From positions 234,670,001 to 234,734,000 of the forward strand of contig OZ024743.1 in the NCBI GenBank assembly GCA_964016885.1: a stretch of 64,000 bases of DNA, given 5' to 3'. Both the position numbers and the translations under genes were made by a program. Positions 12,701 to 27,959 of the stretch are shown here, one piece after another; position 1 is the stretch's first letter, and each line of letters opens with the position of its first letter. The notes under the pieces were generated by a model, which was not told the origin of the DNA, made no database searches, and worked only from the letters and a program-made list of their open reading frames with translations. This DNA comes from Eledone cirrhosa. Taxonomy: Eukaryota.

Positions 12701-12976
12701 GTATGATGTTAAAAGACTGTTTAGTTTTATTTTAAATTTCTTTTTCTTGTATTTACTGGCTTTTGGGGTTTTTTTTTTTTTTTTTATTATGGTGTTGGAA
12801 AAAAAATAATGTGATACATCATACAGAAAAATGGAAAAGGGTGGAGCAAAATATTAATATCAAGTTGGATGCTTGTTTTGTTTTGTTTTGTTTTTTTCAA
12901 CCATTTTATTAACCGACTAAATCTTTTTTGCTATTGATACATTTACTATTGTTAAGGTTACACTGTTGTTATCAAT

Positions 12977-13233
<257 letters not shown>

Positions 13234-13244
13234 AAGGCAATGAA

Positions 13245-13465
13245 AGTGGCAGAAATGGTAGAACGCGTCATTTAAATAAATGCTTTGCAGTATTTGATTT
13301 TCATTGTTGTAAGTTCAAATCTTAGCGGGTTGATATTGCCATTCATCCTTCTGGAGTCACTACAATATGTACAATACATGAACTGCAGTTGATTTGCTTA
13401 AATGACTTTACACTTTCACTGTGTGTGTGTTGTGGCCTTGTGTCAGTGTTAGGAATGATTGTTAT
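13245..13465 (+). mobile_element. Diverged SINE family B copy
   Basis: tggcagaaatggtaga..aagttcaaatc..ttgccattcatcctt..ggccttgtg. Confidence 0.6.
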
Positions 13466-14121
13466 TGTTTATAAACGAGTCCTCCGTAGTGTTTGTATCT
13501 ACCATCCTATGAGGATTTTGAATATAGAGCAAAATATCTACACCTACACTTCTTTCATCTGTGTGGTTGCTCATCCTGTATAACTAATAGCCAAATTTCC
13601 TTCAGATTCCATATCCCTGTTTCAAAAAGAGAGGAATATATAATGTTATATACTTCCCTTCACCACCAGCATAAAAACATAAAGGATGCTCATGGTTGGA
13701 AAGCCTTTTGCATACGTCTGCTCTATCAGGGTTGACCTGGAGCTAAATGTTTATTCAGTGATTTTTACACCCTAGTCTTGTGCTGTTCCAGCAGTATTGC
13801 TTTATTAAACTTTATTATTGCATCCTCCCACAAGTTGTTTACCAATAATAGTTTTTATAATCCCTGAAGATAACCTACTTAGCAATAGTTTTAAATCTCA
13901 TAATTTTCATGTACTATGGATTGTTGAACTTTCTTTTTTCATACACCCCTTCCTCTGGCATTACAAGGTTTTCACACAGCACATTTTAATTCCTTTTTTT
14001 TCCAGCAGACAATCATAGGTTCAGTTTATCAGTTTATATATTGGCTATACATGTTTACAGCTATTAAAAAGATGGATGCTTATGTAAACCTTTCTTCTAA
14101 CTCCAGTTAAAGTTGTATGTC

Positions 14122-14157
<36 letters not shown>

Positions 14158-14503
14158 CACACACACACAGCAGCGTTTTTTTAGGCCATTTTCCTTGTTA
14201 AAGCTCAAGTAGGCCTTGTGGGTTCTATGTAATATTTAATGTTTTCAAGCCAATGTTTTATTGTTAAATGCTCTCCCTGACACCAACCCTTTTAGTCACC
14301 TCTAGTGGGAATACAAATGTGCCCATTCTAAACCGGACACACAGACGTTTGTGTGTTACTTATGAGTAAAATTGGGCAGTCATTTTATATAAGGCTTGAA
14401 TCAACTGAGGCTATGGTAAATGACACTGCCTAAGATGCCACATAGGTGGATTGAATCCATGGCAAAGCAAGTTTCTCAAACATTTGGCCATGTTGTGTTC
14501 ATA

Positions 14504-14534
<31 letters not shown>

Positions 14535-16039
14535 CCCATGAGCAAGACATGGTCACCTGATCTGGCTAGCCTCATAACATGACAGCTCATGTAACCCATG
14601 CAGGCATGGAAAATGGCTGTTAAATGGTGGTGATGTTGATCTTGCATCAGTGTCGCATTCTAAGGCCAGAAAGATCAGATGCCTTCACTCATACGTTCCA
14701 TTATGTCATGTTTTTTTTTATAACCACTTTGGTATGTACTGGGTGCTTTTTATCACGGCACCAGCACTATCACTTTACAGTGAGGGCTGACTACATCTTA
14801 TTATGGTATCTGCACTATGAAGTTTTAACACCAGGGCATTCATGAAGCTCTGAGTTTGGCCCTATTGCATTGCATCTTGAGCCCACTCAAGCCTAGTGGA
14901 TGAAATTGGGTAGGTGGAGGGTTTTTAAGCTTGTCAAATGGATTGTACCTACAATTCAAAGGTCTGCCTTGTCATATATTGTTGGGATACTGCCAGAGAA
15001 TTACATGTCTCCCTGGAATACTCAACCGCCTGCATGTTAATTCGTGTGCTTAGTTGATTAAACTTGTCATTCGTTGAGTGATGGAGGCTCCATCCATATA
15101 TATATATGTGTGTGTGTGTATATGTATTATATTTATTTATTATATGGAACAAAAATGCCTTGAAACCCAAGGTTTCAAGGCCCATGTTTGATCATACCTC
15201 CAGAATACATCAAATTAGTGACCTTTCTTCAAGCGCTTATACATATGTTTGTTTGTGTGTGTGTGTGTATATATATATGACCAAAATACTCTTTAGCTGT
15301 GTGTGTTCTGGTGAGGGGAGAGAACTCCAATAGCCTTGGCTGGTCCAAGTCTTTTGGAGCAATTTAAGATAATGCAGTACGAGGAAACTTTGTTTAGGAG
15401 TTGATTTTAATTACCATATTTCCCGGTGTTGAAGACGCTATTTTTTTTCCTAAAATAAGTCTCGAAAATCTACCGTGAATCTTGGCAGCCAAAGATTGCA
15501 TTTCTCATAGGCATATCATAACCCCAGAGGAAATTTATCTATGCTAGATAGTAATCTGAACTATATGTGACCTGAATGAAGTGTGTAAATTATACTTAAA
15601 GTAGTAAATATACAAAAGTATCGTAAAAAAAATTTTAAATATATACGCAATCATAAAAATTAATTTCCGTATGGGCAGAGTATGCTAACTGATAAGTGAT
15701 ATTTTTACATGTGTATCAATATTGCTAGTATTTTCACTCTCTTCAAACAGCCTGATTTTAAGGAAACATTATTAAGTGACAAAAGAAGTAAAACTGCAGT
15801 ATGTTAAAAGGGTTTACCAACAAATATTAACACTGGGACTTATTTCTATGTTTATCATTTTTTTTCTCTCCAAATTTTTGGTTGTCAAAATTGCAATGTG
15901 TCTTCAAAGGCACAGCATCTTCAATAACAGGAAATACGGTAGATATCACTCGACTGTATTTGTATGTATTCAGTTTAGGCAAAACACTCCTGTTAAGCAT
16001 TTTTGCCTCCATCCTCTATTGTGTGTATCTGTGTGTGTG

Positions 16040-16370
16040 TATATATAGTATGCCCGTTGAGATCTGCTCTTTGCACCTTGCTTCTGGCATCACTTGGCAC
16101 ATTTTCTCTCAATGATCATCATTGACATGCACCACGTGCCCATACCAGTGCAATCTTCTCTAGACTGCATCTGATGCCTCTTGTGCACATTTTCACCCCT
16201 ACTCGTCCATGCTATATTGTTCATGCACACTATACAACCATCAGAATATTGCTTAATTCCTTTCTCTTCAGTTTTCATATATCATCTGCAATCACTGGGT
16301 GTATCTTACTACCAGGCAACATCTAACTTCAAGTGTCACGCAATCTACCCTTTGCTCCAAGTGAAAATTC
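16040..16370 (-). mobile_element. Decayed RTE LINE C-terminal fragment
   Basis: Reverse complement resembles the RGIRC..QERRL.WYGHV region (ccataccagtgcaatcttctc). Confidence 0.6.
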
Positions 16371-16467
16371 TGTATATATATATATATATATGTGTGTGTG
16401 TCTAGCAGATGTTTGTATCATCATTTAATTACTGCTTTTCCATCCTGGTGTGGGTTAGATATACTTG

Positions 16468-16665
16468 TATGAGGGTTTACTGAAAAGTTTGTAGGCTGAC
16501 TATGAAGGAGTAATGCTAGAACTGTGAAATCTTGCATGCATTCATTTCAACTCTTATTAAGGACTGCACTGTTTCTTCCCAGAGACTATATTGAAAAATA
16601 AACCTCACTTGGTCATTCCAAGAGAGAATCTTGGCTAGTCTATGAACTTTTCAGCTGACCTTCAT
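16468..16665. mobile_element. Mariner-type MITE, inverted copy of 4270-4462
   Basis: Shares gaaatcttgcatgcatt..tttcaactct and the TIRs. Confidence 0.7.
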
Positions 16666-18464
16666 ATGTATTAAATGTGTGTACATGTGTTATGTTTATT
16701 GATTGATATCATCTGCATTTCATGCTTGCCAACCACTTTACAGTATTTACTGGGTGCATTCTATCAGGGCAACACCACTAGGTAGGTTTTTATAGCGTTG
16801 ATACATTTCAAGGATCCTTTCCACTATGTATTTTTTTCAACAACCATTTGAGAGATGTTTCCTCTGATTCAAAAGTGTGAATAGAAGGGGACTGATGACC
16901 AAATGGATGAAAGTTGAATGCATAAGTATGATTGCAGGAACTGTGAGAAAAAAAGGGAGAAACAGTAATAGCTTACATGTTGATTGTATTGAAGGTTGAT
17001 AACAACATGATGGGATCCCAATAAAAATGTTTTTTGTTGTAAAGGAGATCAAGCGATGGATCGGTGATGGTATGTGTGAACTGTAGATGTCATCTAGGCA
17101 TCACATAGGGGAGAGCGATAGGATGATGGTTAGCTGTAGAGGATATTGGTAGGGCTACTGAATATAAACAAATATGATAGAGTGGTAGTGACAGTGATAA
17201 CGGGAGATGGCGGAAGGACTGAATATGCACATATATAATTTAATTATAGAAAAAATTGAAAAATCATAATTTCTGAAACATTTGCCTCTTGTTGGCAGTT
17301 GGTCACTTAGTTGACCTTCTTAGAGGTTTTGGGGTTTAAATTTAATTCAAGAATTTGTGAAAATTACACAATTTTAAAGATTTTTTTTTTTTTTGTAGCA
17401 TGAATGAAGTTTAAATGAAAGTGAAAGTAAATGGTTCAGAACTGACTAGGGAAAGAAACTTTCCCTCCATATATACCTTTGCTCTAACCTGTCTGTCACC
17501 ATCCCCAACAAAAGAAACCTAACGATGTACATTTATGAAATGACAAAATCTAACTGCCTTCTATTCCTTTTAATTTCTGTAATCATGTTATTCTCAGTAA
17601 GTTTGGCTTCTGAAGAAGACCCCTCCCCACATACAACTGAGTTATTTGTTATACATATTAAAACAATTATATGTGAATGAGTAATGGTAATTTTTTTTTT
17701 TTTTTTTTTTTTCCCCCATTTTCTTTTTCTTGCTGGTGCCTTGATCTAGCAGCACAAAGTACTTGAACAGAATTTGTAACTTGCTTTAGATTTCTTGTTG
17801 TTGCTTTACCTAAGTAAATCATACTTTTGGAAGTGGCATGTCACAACTTCATTCCAGTGTTTGTCAGAAATCATTATAAAAATATTAACTAATGATATTA
17901 TTACAGCATTTTTTGTATTAATATATTTTGTTAGTAGCTAGATTAATCATATTTCTGATTAGTACAATTTATTGGTGTGGGATAATTGTAAAATGATAAT
18001 TCAGTTAAAAATTATGAACAATCAATATAACGAATTGATTGCTGTTAATTAATTTCACATATAAGTTCCTGCCAATGTGACATTGCTGCCTAAGGTTTTC
18101 TCTTATTGTTATGAACATAAGGATTTGACTAGTTTTTTTTTTTTTAAATCCCTTGTTAGAGTGAAATTAACAGTTAGCTAGATAGCATAGAATTAGATAG
18201 TGTGGCTATTGCCTTTACACGGCGTATCCTGTTGCTTTCTGTGTATTGAAATACAGAATGAAAGATAAAGTTGTTAATTTCTGAAGATATTGGTCCAGAA
18301 TATGTTATGTTAATGATATTAATTCAGGCATTACGGTCCTGGAATATATATAACTTACTTTGGACCTACCTAAAATTCTGATTGTTAAAAACTTTCTGCA
18401 TATAGTGGAGGTACCAGACTTACATTGACTTAGCCTCTCTCTCTCTCAAGGATATGTGTATATA

Positions 18465-18496
<32 letters not shown>

Positions 18497-20429
18497 AAAT
18501 ATACATTTAATGGTCATAGAATGTTATTTTTTCTAGTTTATTTATTACATAAAGAAATTATAAAAACTAGAAAATAAGCATTACAAGTTTCATTAAATGA
18601 TGTTGCTGAAATTTTATTAGATTTCATATACATGGCTGCTGCTGTTTTATTTACATGCACATACATATAAACAGCAATTGTGTGTGTGTGTATATATATG
18701 CATACGATCATTTTATGTTCCCTTTTTAATCTGGCATGGGTTCAACACACCAGAGGAACACAGCTCATTTGATGTGTATATGTAAATGCGTATGTAGCTG
18801 TGTTTGTACACTATGTATATATATGTGTGTGTGTGTGTGCACAGGTTACAGTGGAAATAAGTTACTCAGCCTTTGATCTGCACACAAGTTCATGCTGCAC
18901 AAGTTCATACTGTTTGCAAGTTCACTTACAGTTGTCGTTAAATAAGATAAAGAATGCTGAAATAATTCCAATTATTTCCAAATGAGGTTCTGGAAGTATA
19001 AATATCATTGTGATTTCTTTATGAAACGAACATATCAATTAGTGCTTTGAAATGACCACCACTAATTAATTAAATATGCTATTTTTAACAATAGGTTAGG
19101 TTTAGAACCAGCTGATAGAAAACTTCACACATATTTCCCACAAGAATAGTGTGTGCATATATAAATTCATGGCACTGCGTTGTCAGGAGGTACATTTTGT
19201 AGCAATAGTTTTGTGTCATACTCCAACAATGTGTATAACACCACTATTTGTATAGATACCAACCTAGCTTACATATGTTATCGATCATTTGCTGGTGTAT
19301 GTATTATGTAGTTTCAGGTTAAGTCTCTCTGAGTAGCACTTTTGGTTAGTGTCTTCTACTTGAACTTCTTGTTGACCAATGCCTTATAAGTGATATTGGA
19401 TAGATAGAAACTGTACAGAAATTTGTCGCGTGAGTCTATGTTTATGGTTTATGTCCTGTTACTTAGCAGATTGACAATTGATGGTAGCTATGTGTATACA
19501 TACTCACACGTGTTTGTGAATATAACATGCCTCTATATGTGTAGCACCTAGATATTCCAGTTGGTGTGTGTGTGTATACAAATGTAAACCTTCAACTTGT
19601 TACTAAGAGTATATATCTTTAGTCAGGTCTTCATTGATTCAGAAAGAATAGATATATATTTTATAGGTCTTCTCACTTAATAGTGATTAAAATCAGAGAA
19701 GCTCTATTATTTTGAAAGTGGTATTTCAGTCTTACCTATATATACTCAAATTGTTTTAAAGTTGACTTGTTATTTCCTGAACGATACTCCTTCAACAAAA
19801 ATTATAAATTTCCATTTGTTTTTTTTTATAGTCAAAATCTCAGTGCTGAAAGTAACCCTGTATTAGATTGAATTTTGGTGCAATTTGATTCAGGATATTT
19901 ACTCATCAGTTTTTACAACTAATCATTTATATATAGGTACACTTACTGATACCTTTTTATCATTACTTTTTATATTCAACTTAATTACTTATAAAATTTC
20001 TCTTTTTCATCATAAGTGGTGCCATATATATGCACACTTTTTCTTCTATAAATTTCTTCTATTTTTTTGTTTCACTGATTGCAAACATTTTTTGTAAAAA
20101 AAAAAAAGTATTTTAAGTTAATTAGGTATTGCATTAAAAATGCTACATTATTTTCGACTATTTAATTCCCCATCTTGACTTCCATACAATATGAAATATA
20201 TTACAGTCTTCTCATTCTTCACCTAATTTTGATTCCCATCTTATTTTATGATGTACTCACACACACCACCATACAAGTTACTCTTATTTCTTTGAGATAA
20301 TGTTGCGATACTTTCATTAACACATTTCATTTCTAAAGAAATACGCTACTTGTGTAGTTCAGTTTATTTTGAAAATAACAAGGATTTGGTGAGATAAATT
20401 CCTTTTTCATTATTTAGATTATGTTTAAG

Positions 20430-20630
20430 GGTGCGGTAAAGCGTCAAACATGCTTTGCAACATATAGTTACATCCCTTTACATTCTGAGTTCAAATCCCG
20501 TCAAGGTTAGCTTTGATTTCATTCTTATGAGGTTGATAATATAAAGTACTAGTAATGCACTGGAATTGATTTAATCGATGTTCCTCTCCCTCAAAATTGT
20601 TGGCCTTGTGCCTAATTAAGAAACCATTAT
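20430..20630 (+). mobile_element. SINE family B copy
   Basis: tctgagttcaaatcccg..aagtactagtaatgcactgg..ttggccttgtgcct. Confidence 0.75.
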
Positions 20631-21111
20631 TAAGATGTTTGAAACAACAAAAGTTATTAAATGGTTTGATTTTAAATATGAAGACTTTAAAATTAGGAGT
20701 ATTTAATAATACTTTGAGGTGGTTTTAGATAAATTGGTACCAAAAGGTTTGAAGATTGTTGTTTTCCGTGTAAAGATCTTCATTATGAAAAGATTAGTAA
20801 CATTTTAAATTGAATGAATATATTTAATGACATTGATAACTAAAAAAGAACAAAAGATTTGTTGTTGCTTACTTTTTGTTCTTGAAAATAGTTTTCCATG
20901 ATTAATTTATAGTGTTTAAATTTTATATATATACATACATGCACACACACACACACACACACACACATACATATATATACACACACATACAGTCTTGGCT
21001 GTGTAGTTAAGGGGTTTACTTTGCAATCATATATGATACCTTCAGCAAGTCGCCCTTCTGCTAGGGCCTTGGATTGACCATCATCCTGCACATGAAATTT
21101 GATTGAAGCAC

Positions 21112-21146
<35 letters not shown>

Positions 21147-22312
21147 TGTGTGTTTATACCACTTAAGTGAAACCAGTAAAATAAAAGCATATACACAGTT
21201 TCTCACATATTGTATATCAGATGTACATGTTGGTGGCCACATTTTAAACATATGCATATACTAGTTTGGGTACATTTATAGTGTTAATGATATTGATATA
21301 TACAGTGTACTTAGTAGTATTCTAAAGATAAAGAAACATTGATAAGTAGGTTTGGAAAATATATCTCTTGTATAATAATAGCTTTCACAATTTATTTCAC
21401 TTTCATAGATGGATAATCTAGTTAGAAGAAAATTATGAGGAAAAGAAGGAATTAAAAAATTAATTCAATCTTTTTTCTGTTTGTATTCCTCCATCCCTTC
21501 TGCAATTTCAACATCTTTAAATATATATACACAGCTTTTCTGAGAAAATAAGTTATAAATGAAATAATGTTCATCCAGTTCTCATTATATTCATATGTTA
21601 CTGATAACACTAAATTTACTGTTTGAAAATTCACTAATTTACCACTTTGTAAACACATAATTGCATCAGTATACCTCTCATATATATATATTTCTGTTAT
21701 CTAATTTCTTGTAGGTGTTTTCTATTACAGACTTTACCTCAGCTAAATCAACTGTATTCTGTTTAAAGTATTAATTTTGTAACAAGTCATATGTGTCTAT
21801 ACTGCAATATTAATCGTCTGTATTTAAGTTAGGTGAAGGGGCTTTTATATATATATATATATAAAAGCAAACTCAATATGATTGATTACTCAAATGAATA
21901 CTTGTGTATGATTTCTTTTAGATCTGTTCAATGTTCTCGAGTATGAATGATCTCTCAGCAAGCTTTTTACATTACATAAATTTTATTCAGTTCTTGCAAC
22001 ACTATACTACTTAGGACCCATAAGGGTTTTTACAGAGCAGGTCTATGTTCAAACTCCGGGTATTTGCACATCTTTTCGTCACTCACCTTGTAATTTCTGC
22101 AGCTGCCAAAACATGATCATTTAGTCAGGCCTCTATCTAGCACTAAGCTGTGCTCTTGCTAGTTAGAACAAGTGTTAATGAATTCATATGTACGTTGGTT
22201 TCTTTGCCTTTATTTGAGCATTATGTTTATAACTAGGATTGTATCAACTGTTTTGACTCCATGAAGTATTTTATTTTTTATTTTCCACGGATATCTTGTA
22301 TTTTCTCTCTTG

Positions 22313-22349
<37 letters not shown>

Positions 22350-22772
22350 CATCTAATGAGATGGGAGCAATTCGAAATAATTGACAATTGAATCCTTTGC
22401 CATATGAGATAGTTTTGGAGGATTAGTAATTTCTTTTCTTTCTTTCTTTTTTTTTTTTTCTTAGTTCCCACATTACAATACAGTTGGCAGCAAATCATAG
22501 CTAAAACATTTTACTCTTTCCAATACATTTATTGTTATTATCACAAAATTAGCTGCTTACTATTTCTTTCATTAAAACATCAAGTGGTAATAGAACTTAC
22601 TTTCAAAATTACATTATTTATTTTTCCTCCTGCATTATATATGTGTATTGGATTCATGCATGCACATGCAAAGTTATTTAAAATACAATTATACCATACA
22701 TTTTTATCACATCAAATCTTCAGTAATTGACATATTATAAAAGTGTTATATGCAGAAACTACACTCTTTCAT

Positions 22773-22993
22773 TTAACCCTTTAGCATTTACATATATTTA
22801 CTACTATATTTTCACGGGAAAGGCTTTACCTCACATAATTATCTCTCGTAATATTGAATCTATAAGATTTTGATATTATTTATTTTGAAAACTACCTTAA
22901 CATCAGTATAAGCGGCAAGTTACAGCCAGTTTGAACTGGAAGAGGTGAGAGAATTCTGACTGAATACAGCTGGTTTAAATGCTAAAGGATTAA
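22773..22993. mobile_element. piggyBac-like MITE
   Basis: TTAA-CCCTTTAGCATTTA ... TAAATGCTAAAGGA-TTAA. Confidence 0.85.
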
Positions 22994-25900
22994 AACATAT
23001 TTGCAAGATCAACTTTTTTTTTCTCTTAAAAATGTTTCACAAAATTTTACTGGGTTAAAATAAAATAACCAACTCTGGTTTTCTGAACATTCTCTTAGTA
23101 AGAAAACCTTAATATTTCTGCATACTATCTATATAACAATATTTCTATTTGATGAGAATGTACTTAATATAATTGCAAGGTTAGTACTGGAAAATGCTAA
23201 AAAAATAACTTTTTTACTGTAGCTTGTTTATTGCCTTTATAAAAAGGGACAATCAGATATTTTAAATATGTATTCACTTCGTAACTATTAGAGTTTTACA
23301 TTTATATAGAAAGTTTGCTTTTATTAAAACTTATTTACCTGCTAATTTCAATAGTTATTGTCTTTGAAATATGATCAAAAACCATAGTGGGGTTTTGTTT
23401 TGTGTGTGTATGAAGATATCTATTTCTAATTTAGTTTTTCTCATTGCATAAAAGGATTAGCTTGAGATATAATAATATTAATGAATCCTTTAAACAAGAT
23501 TCTTAGTTTAAAATTATACATGCATGTATTGTTGCTTCCTAATATGGTATATATATATATATATATATATATGCATACATACATAAATGAAACAGTAAAT
23601 ATGATGCTTTTTTTTCTTCCTCCCTTCAGCTACATTTATTCAGTTCATTCAATTGTTTGATAGGTGTGTGTATGCATACACAAATTCGTTTTGTTCTTTC
23701 CCCAGTCAGTTAAATAGAAAATTTGATTTTTACCATTATATTTTCATAACTTTAATTTCTATCATCATTTCTTTATATTTTTCTCCTTTCCATCCTTGTA
23801 TTTCTGTGCCACAGTCCTTATACAGCTATTACTTAATGAGTTACATATATTGAACTATTTAAGTTTGATATCCATATGTTAACTGCAAGAATAATTATAT
23901 ATCTTTGCTTTTTACATTAAGATTTTTAAGCAGACACATAAATTCAAGTGTGTTGTGAAAAAGATATTTATTTTTCTTGCTTTATGATCTTTTTTTTTTT
24001 ATTCTGTACAATTTTTATGAATTTATTCGGAACAAAAAGTTTACCTTTTTTGCACAAATGTGATAATTCTGTTTAAATTTTGAATTGGGTTTTATCTTGA
24101 AAGGAAAGAGGAATTACTATATGAGATTTGTTTTTAATATATAGACTTATTTTATTTTTTATTATATCAAGTTTTTTTATCTTGTCATATTAGTAACATG
24201 AAACTTGGAATGATGCTTTGTGATTTTTTTTCTTCTTTTTTTTTTATTACATGGTTATTGATGCTCTGAAATATTTTAGCTTTCTTGACTGCCATGAAAT
24301 TGAATGGGAAAGAGAGAAAGACTTGAAAATAAATATGGGGGAGAAAAACGTTTTTCCAGAGATCAACTTTTAACAATGAAATGGGGGGAAATGAAAATAT
24401 AATAATAATAATAATAATAATAATAAACCATTTAAAGTTTTATGATTTTCACAAATCTATTGACTTTATTTCAATCTGGTCATTTTATTATTTTTGAAAG
24501 ATGCTCAGATACAGATGTACCTCCCAGGGCCTTTATTTATTTAATGTTTTTTTTTTTGTTTGCTTTCCTTGTTGAGAAAAGGAAAACTTTCTTTTTTTAA
24601 GTGCATAATGATTCATAAAAGAAAACTGCTTGTTAGCAAATGCTACATATGACACTGGTAGCCATGGAGATTAAATAAAAAATATTCCAATGTGAAGTTG
24701 GACAGAGGTAGGTGTGTCTGTGTGCATGTATGTATTTTCTTTAAATTGACTTCTACAATTAACAGAATGATTCTTTACATCATTTGACAGTGATAAAAAT
24801 ACTTTATGGTATTTTTTTTGTAAGTGTATGTGTGTGTTATGATTTTTTTTTTTTTTTTTTGCTTTGGCTCTTATAATACTATTTCTGGCGTGAAGACTAC
24901 CTACTTCACAATTACACAAGCGTCATATATTATGGCACTGTTTTTGTTATTATATCATGTTGCTAAATCTCATCTCTTTTTTTGTATTCTTTACACTGTT
25001 TTCTTTACATCATTAAATACATTAATATTTGGTTAAAACTTTCTGCTCTTTGTGTCTTTCACCTTCCAATCTATTTATAGTTTCATTAGACCTTGTTATT
25101 GTTATGTAGTTTTCTTAGTGTTATCTTAAATACTTCCAGTGTATAAAACAAAAGAGATAAGTCTTAAGTCACATATCAGCATTGTTAGTTTCTTCTGAGA
25201 TTTTCAGTTCTTCAATCAGTATATCATGTAACAATTTAAATAATTCTAAATACAAAGACCAATGCCAACAAATTGAAAGTCTCTAAAACTTGTAACACCA
25301 AATAGTGTCCCCAAAACTATTGTTTAAAATGATGCTATATACTGCATAAACAGTAAGAGTATCACTTGTTAATGTCCTTTCAGAATCTCAGAGGAAGCTC
25401 CTGCTTTTGTTATACAGTCTAAAATCTGCTCATGCTCTTTGAACTTCCTTGTTGACCTCCTTTCTTTTATTGTTGCCACACCAACTCCAAGCTGGCGATC
25501 AGTGACATGGTTAAATGAATTCTACTACAAGTGATGGATTTTCATTTTTGCAGAGTACTTGTGGCAATCTGGATAATTAGAACGCCTCCTGTATTATAGC
25601 ATCAGCCTCATCTGCTTTACTGAGCACAAGAGTCTTTGAAACAACTGAACTCTTCAGTACACAATTTAGATTTATTTGGATGACCAAGACATTGGAGTCA
25701 TTTTGTTCATATTACCTTCAACAAAGAATATAAACCCACCTCATGAAGATTCATCTTCCAAACTGACAGAAGTGGCATCAGCATAGCAGTTAATGTTCAG
25801 ATCTGAAAGATTTCCCCATCTTTGGAAATGATAGGGAACCTTTCATAGATTCAAGCTTCAGATCTTCACTTTAGGATGTTTCCTAGTACTATTTGTTTTA

Positions 25901-27959
25901 CAGGCATCAAATGATGCACCTGAATTAGACTACTTGGATACCCACATCATCATCTGGCCTGCAGATTTCTTATCAGATATCATTTTCCTCCAATGACCTT
26001 TCTTTATTTGTATTGTAGTATGGATGATATGTCATCATCGTCATTGTTTTAATGTCAGCTTTCCCTGCTATCAAGGGTTGGAAGGGTCTACATAAACCAA
26101 GTCAATGCTGAAGTGGTGGCTACTGATCTTCCAGACAAGCCAGGGATCTGTCATCTCTCTTATGCGTGGTCTCATGTTCTACCGAATGCACAGGGGAGAT
26201 TGTCAAGTCTTTTACACAACTGAGGGTCTTTCCAACTCTTTGGAATATTAATCTATAGTAACTCCATCTTTGATTTGATTAACTTTCAAATGCTGCAGTA
26301 GACTTGCCCAATTGTACAATCACAGCTGCATTGTCATGGTCACAAACATTAAAAATAGTGGTGTTGGTGATGAAGGCTATGATTTACTCAAAACAGCTTT
26401 TTTTTATGAACCTGCTGATATCTACTACTATATGCTAAGTAACAGGGGAGGGAAAATGTGCATAGTTCACATTTCCATCACAATCTTCCGTTACTCACCA
26501 TCATCATTATTATCTCTATCACCACCTCTTACCTTGACATTGAATTTGACAGCTGTCAATCTCTAGTTCAGGCATCGCATCCCTATTGTAATCCTGTAAC
26601 ATTGTTCATGTTGCTTCCCTACTGAACTCCCAACTCGCCATTCTCATTCTTCCTCCTACCAAACCATCACTCTGTTTACCCCTTCATACTCAATTATACT
26701 CTCTCCTCTTTCAACTCATCATCACTCTCTTAGTTCCATTTTCCTTGGTGTGCAGAGATCTTAGTCTGGCACTGAACAAGACAACTTCTCTAGAATTGTT
26801 GGTACTACAAAATACTCCCAGTACACTCAGTAAAGAAATTGATGATTGGATTGAGATAACATAGAGTAGAAAGGAATCTTTGGTCTTGTCGAGTACATGG
26901 CAACCTCTCTAGCGCTCTAGTTTTGATAAAATAGACCTGCTCCACTCTGTAAAATGGTTGGTGTTATGAAGGACATCTAACTGTAGAAACCATGCCTGAA
27001 TTTGTAACATATGAGTGTGGCATACTGTCCCAACCCATTTATGAGGACACTAACTCTAAATAAATACTGACTCAGGTTGTGGCAACCCACCCTAGCATAG
27101 AAAATGGACATATAGTAGTGATAATGATGAGTCAATCCTAAATACTTGAACCTTCTACTTGCAAGTTGCTATGTTAAATTTCTTTTTTCATATTGCAAAC
27201 ACATCCTTATGAAACCATTCATTTCCAGAGAAAATAAAATCAACAATGTGCATTGTCAAAATACCAACCAAGTTCCTTTTTGGATCATGCCATAGACATA
27301 TAGTATTGTCCTAAATACTTAGTAATACCTCTCTCAGCTTAGTACTTGAATGAACTACTTGGACTATGACCAAAGATCATCATTCATTTCTTTAGCTTCC
27401 AAACCTTCAATTTTGGATGTAGACCAACATGGAGCTTAAGGAATGCCCATCTCTTTACTCACTGTTTAACCTTGCAAAACTGCTCAAGTGTAATCAAACC
27501 TCTGCTCTCACCAATTCATAACAGATATAGTTAACATTACTAACTACATGTTAGTCTGTTTTACGTAGATCACATATGAAATAAGACGAGCCTCCCCTTA
27601 GTCTTATTTTGTGTTTTACAGTAATCACTCATTTTGTTGATGTAATTTTTTGACCAGAATAGGTCACATATTTATATACGTATTGATTTTTCATATTTGG
27701 TATTTCTATGCTTAGCACCAATTACTTCTTTTACTTGATCATGTCAACAATGAATAAGAATACTTACTCCGATTCATGTAGTTCAACAGTTTCTTGTGTT
27801 ACTTCTCTCCATTAATTCACATGATTCCAAATTTAGCAGAAGTAGGATCTTCATTCTCCTGTTTCCATATTTAGCTAGTGACTGTTTCCTTTTGATTTTG
27901 ACTATGTGGTCATAGTTTTTCTTCTTTTCCACTCCTCATATGCATTTAGTTTCTTACAG

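Noticed and set aside
15412-15490. Possible pogo/Tigger-like terminus pairing with a similar inverted end near 34770
   Set aside because: Similarity too short and loose to define a 19-kb element
21922-21940. Possible 19-nt micro-exon (ttttag|..|gtatga)
   Set aside because: Such site pairs are frequent by chance in AT-rich introns; no support
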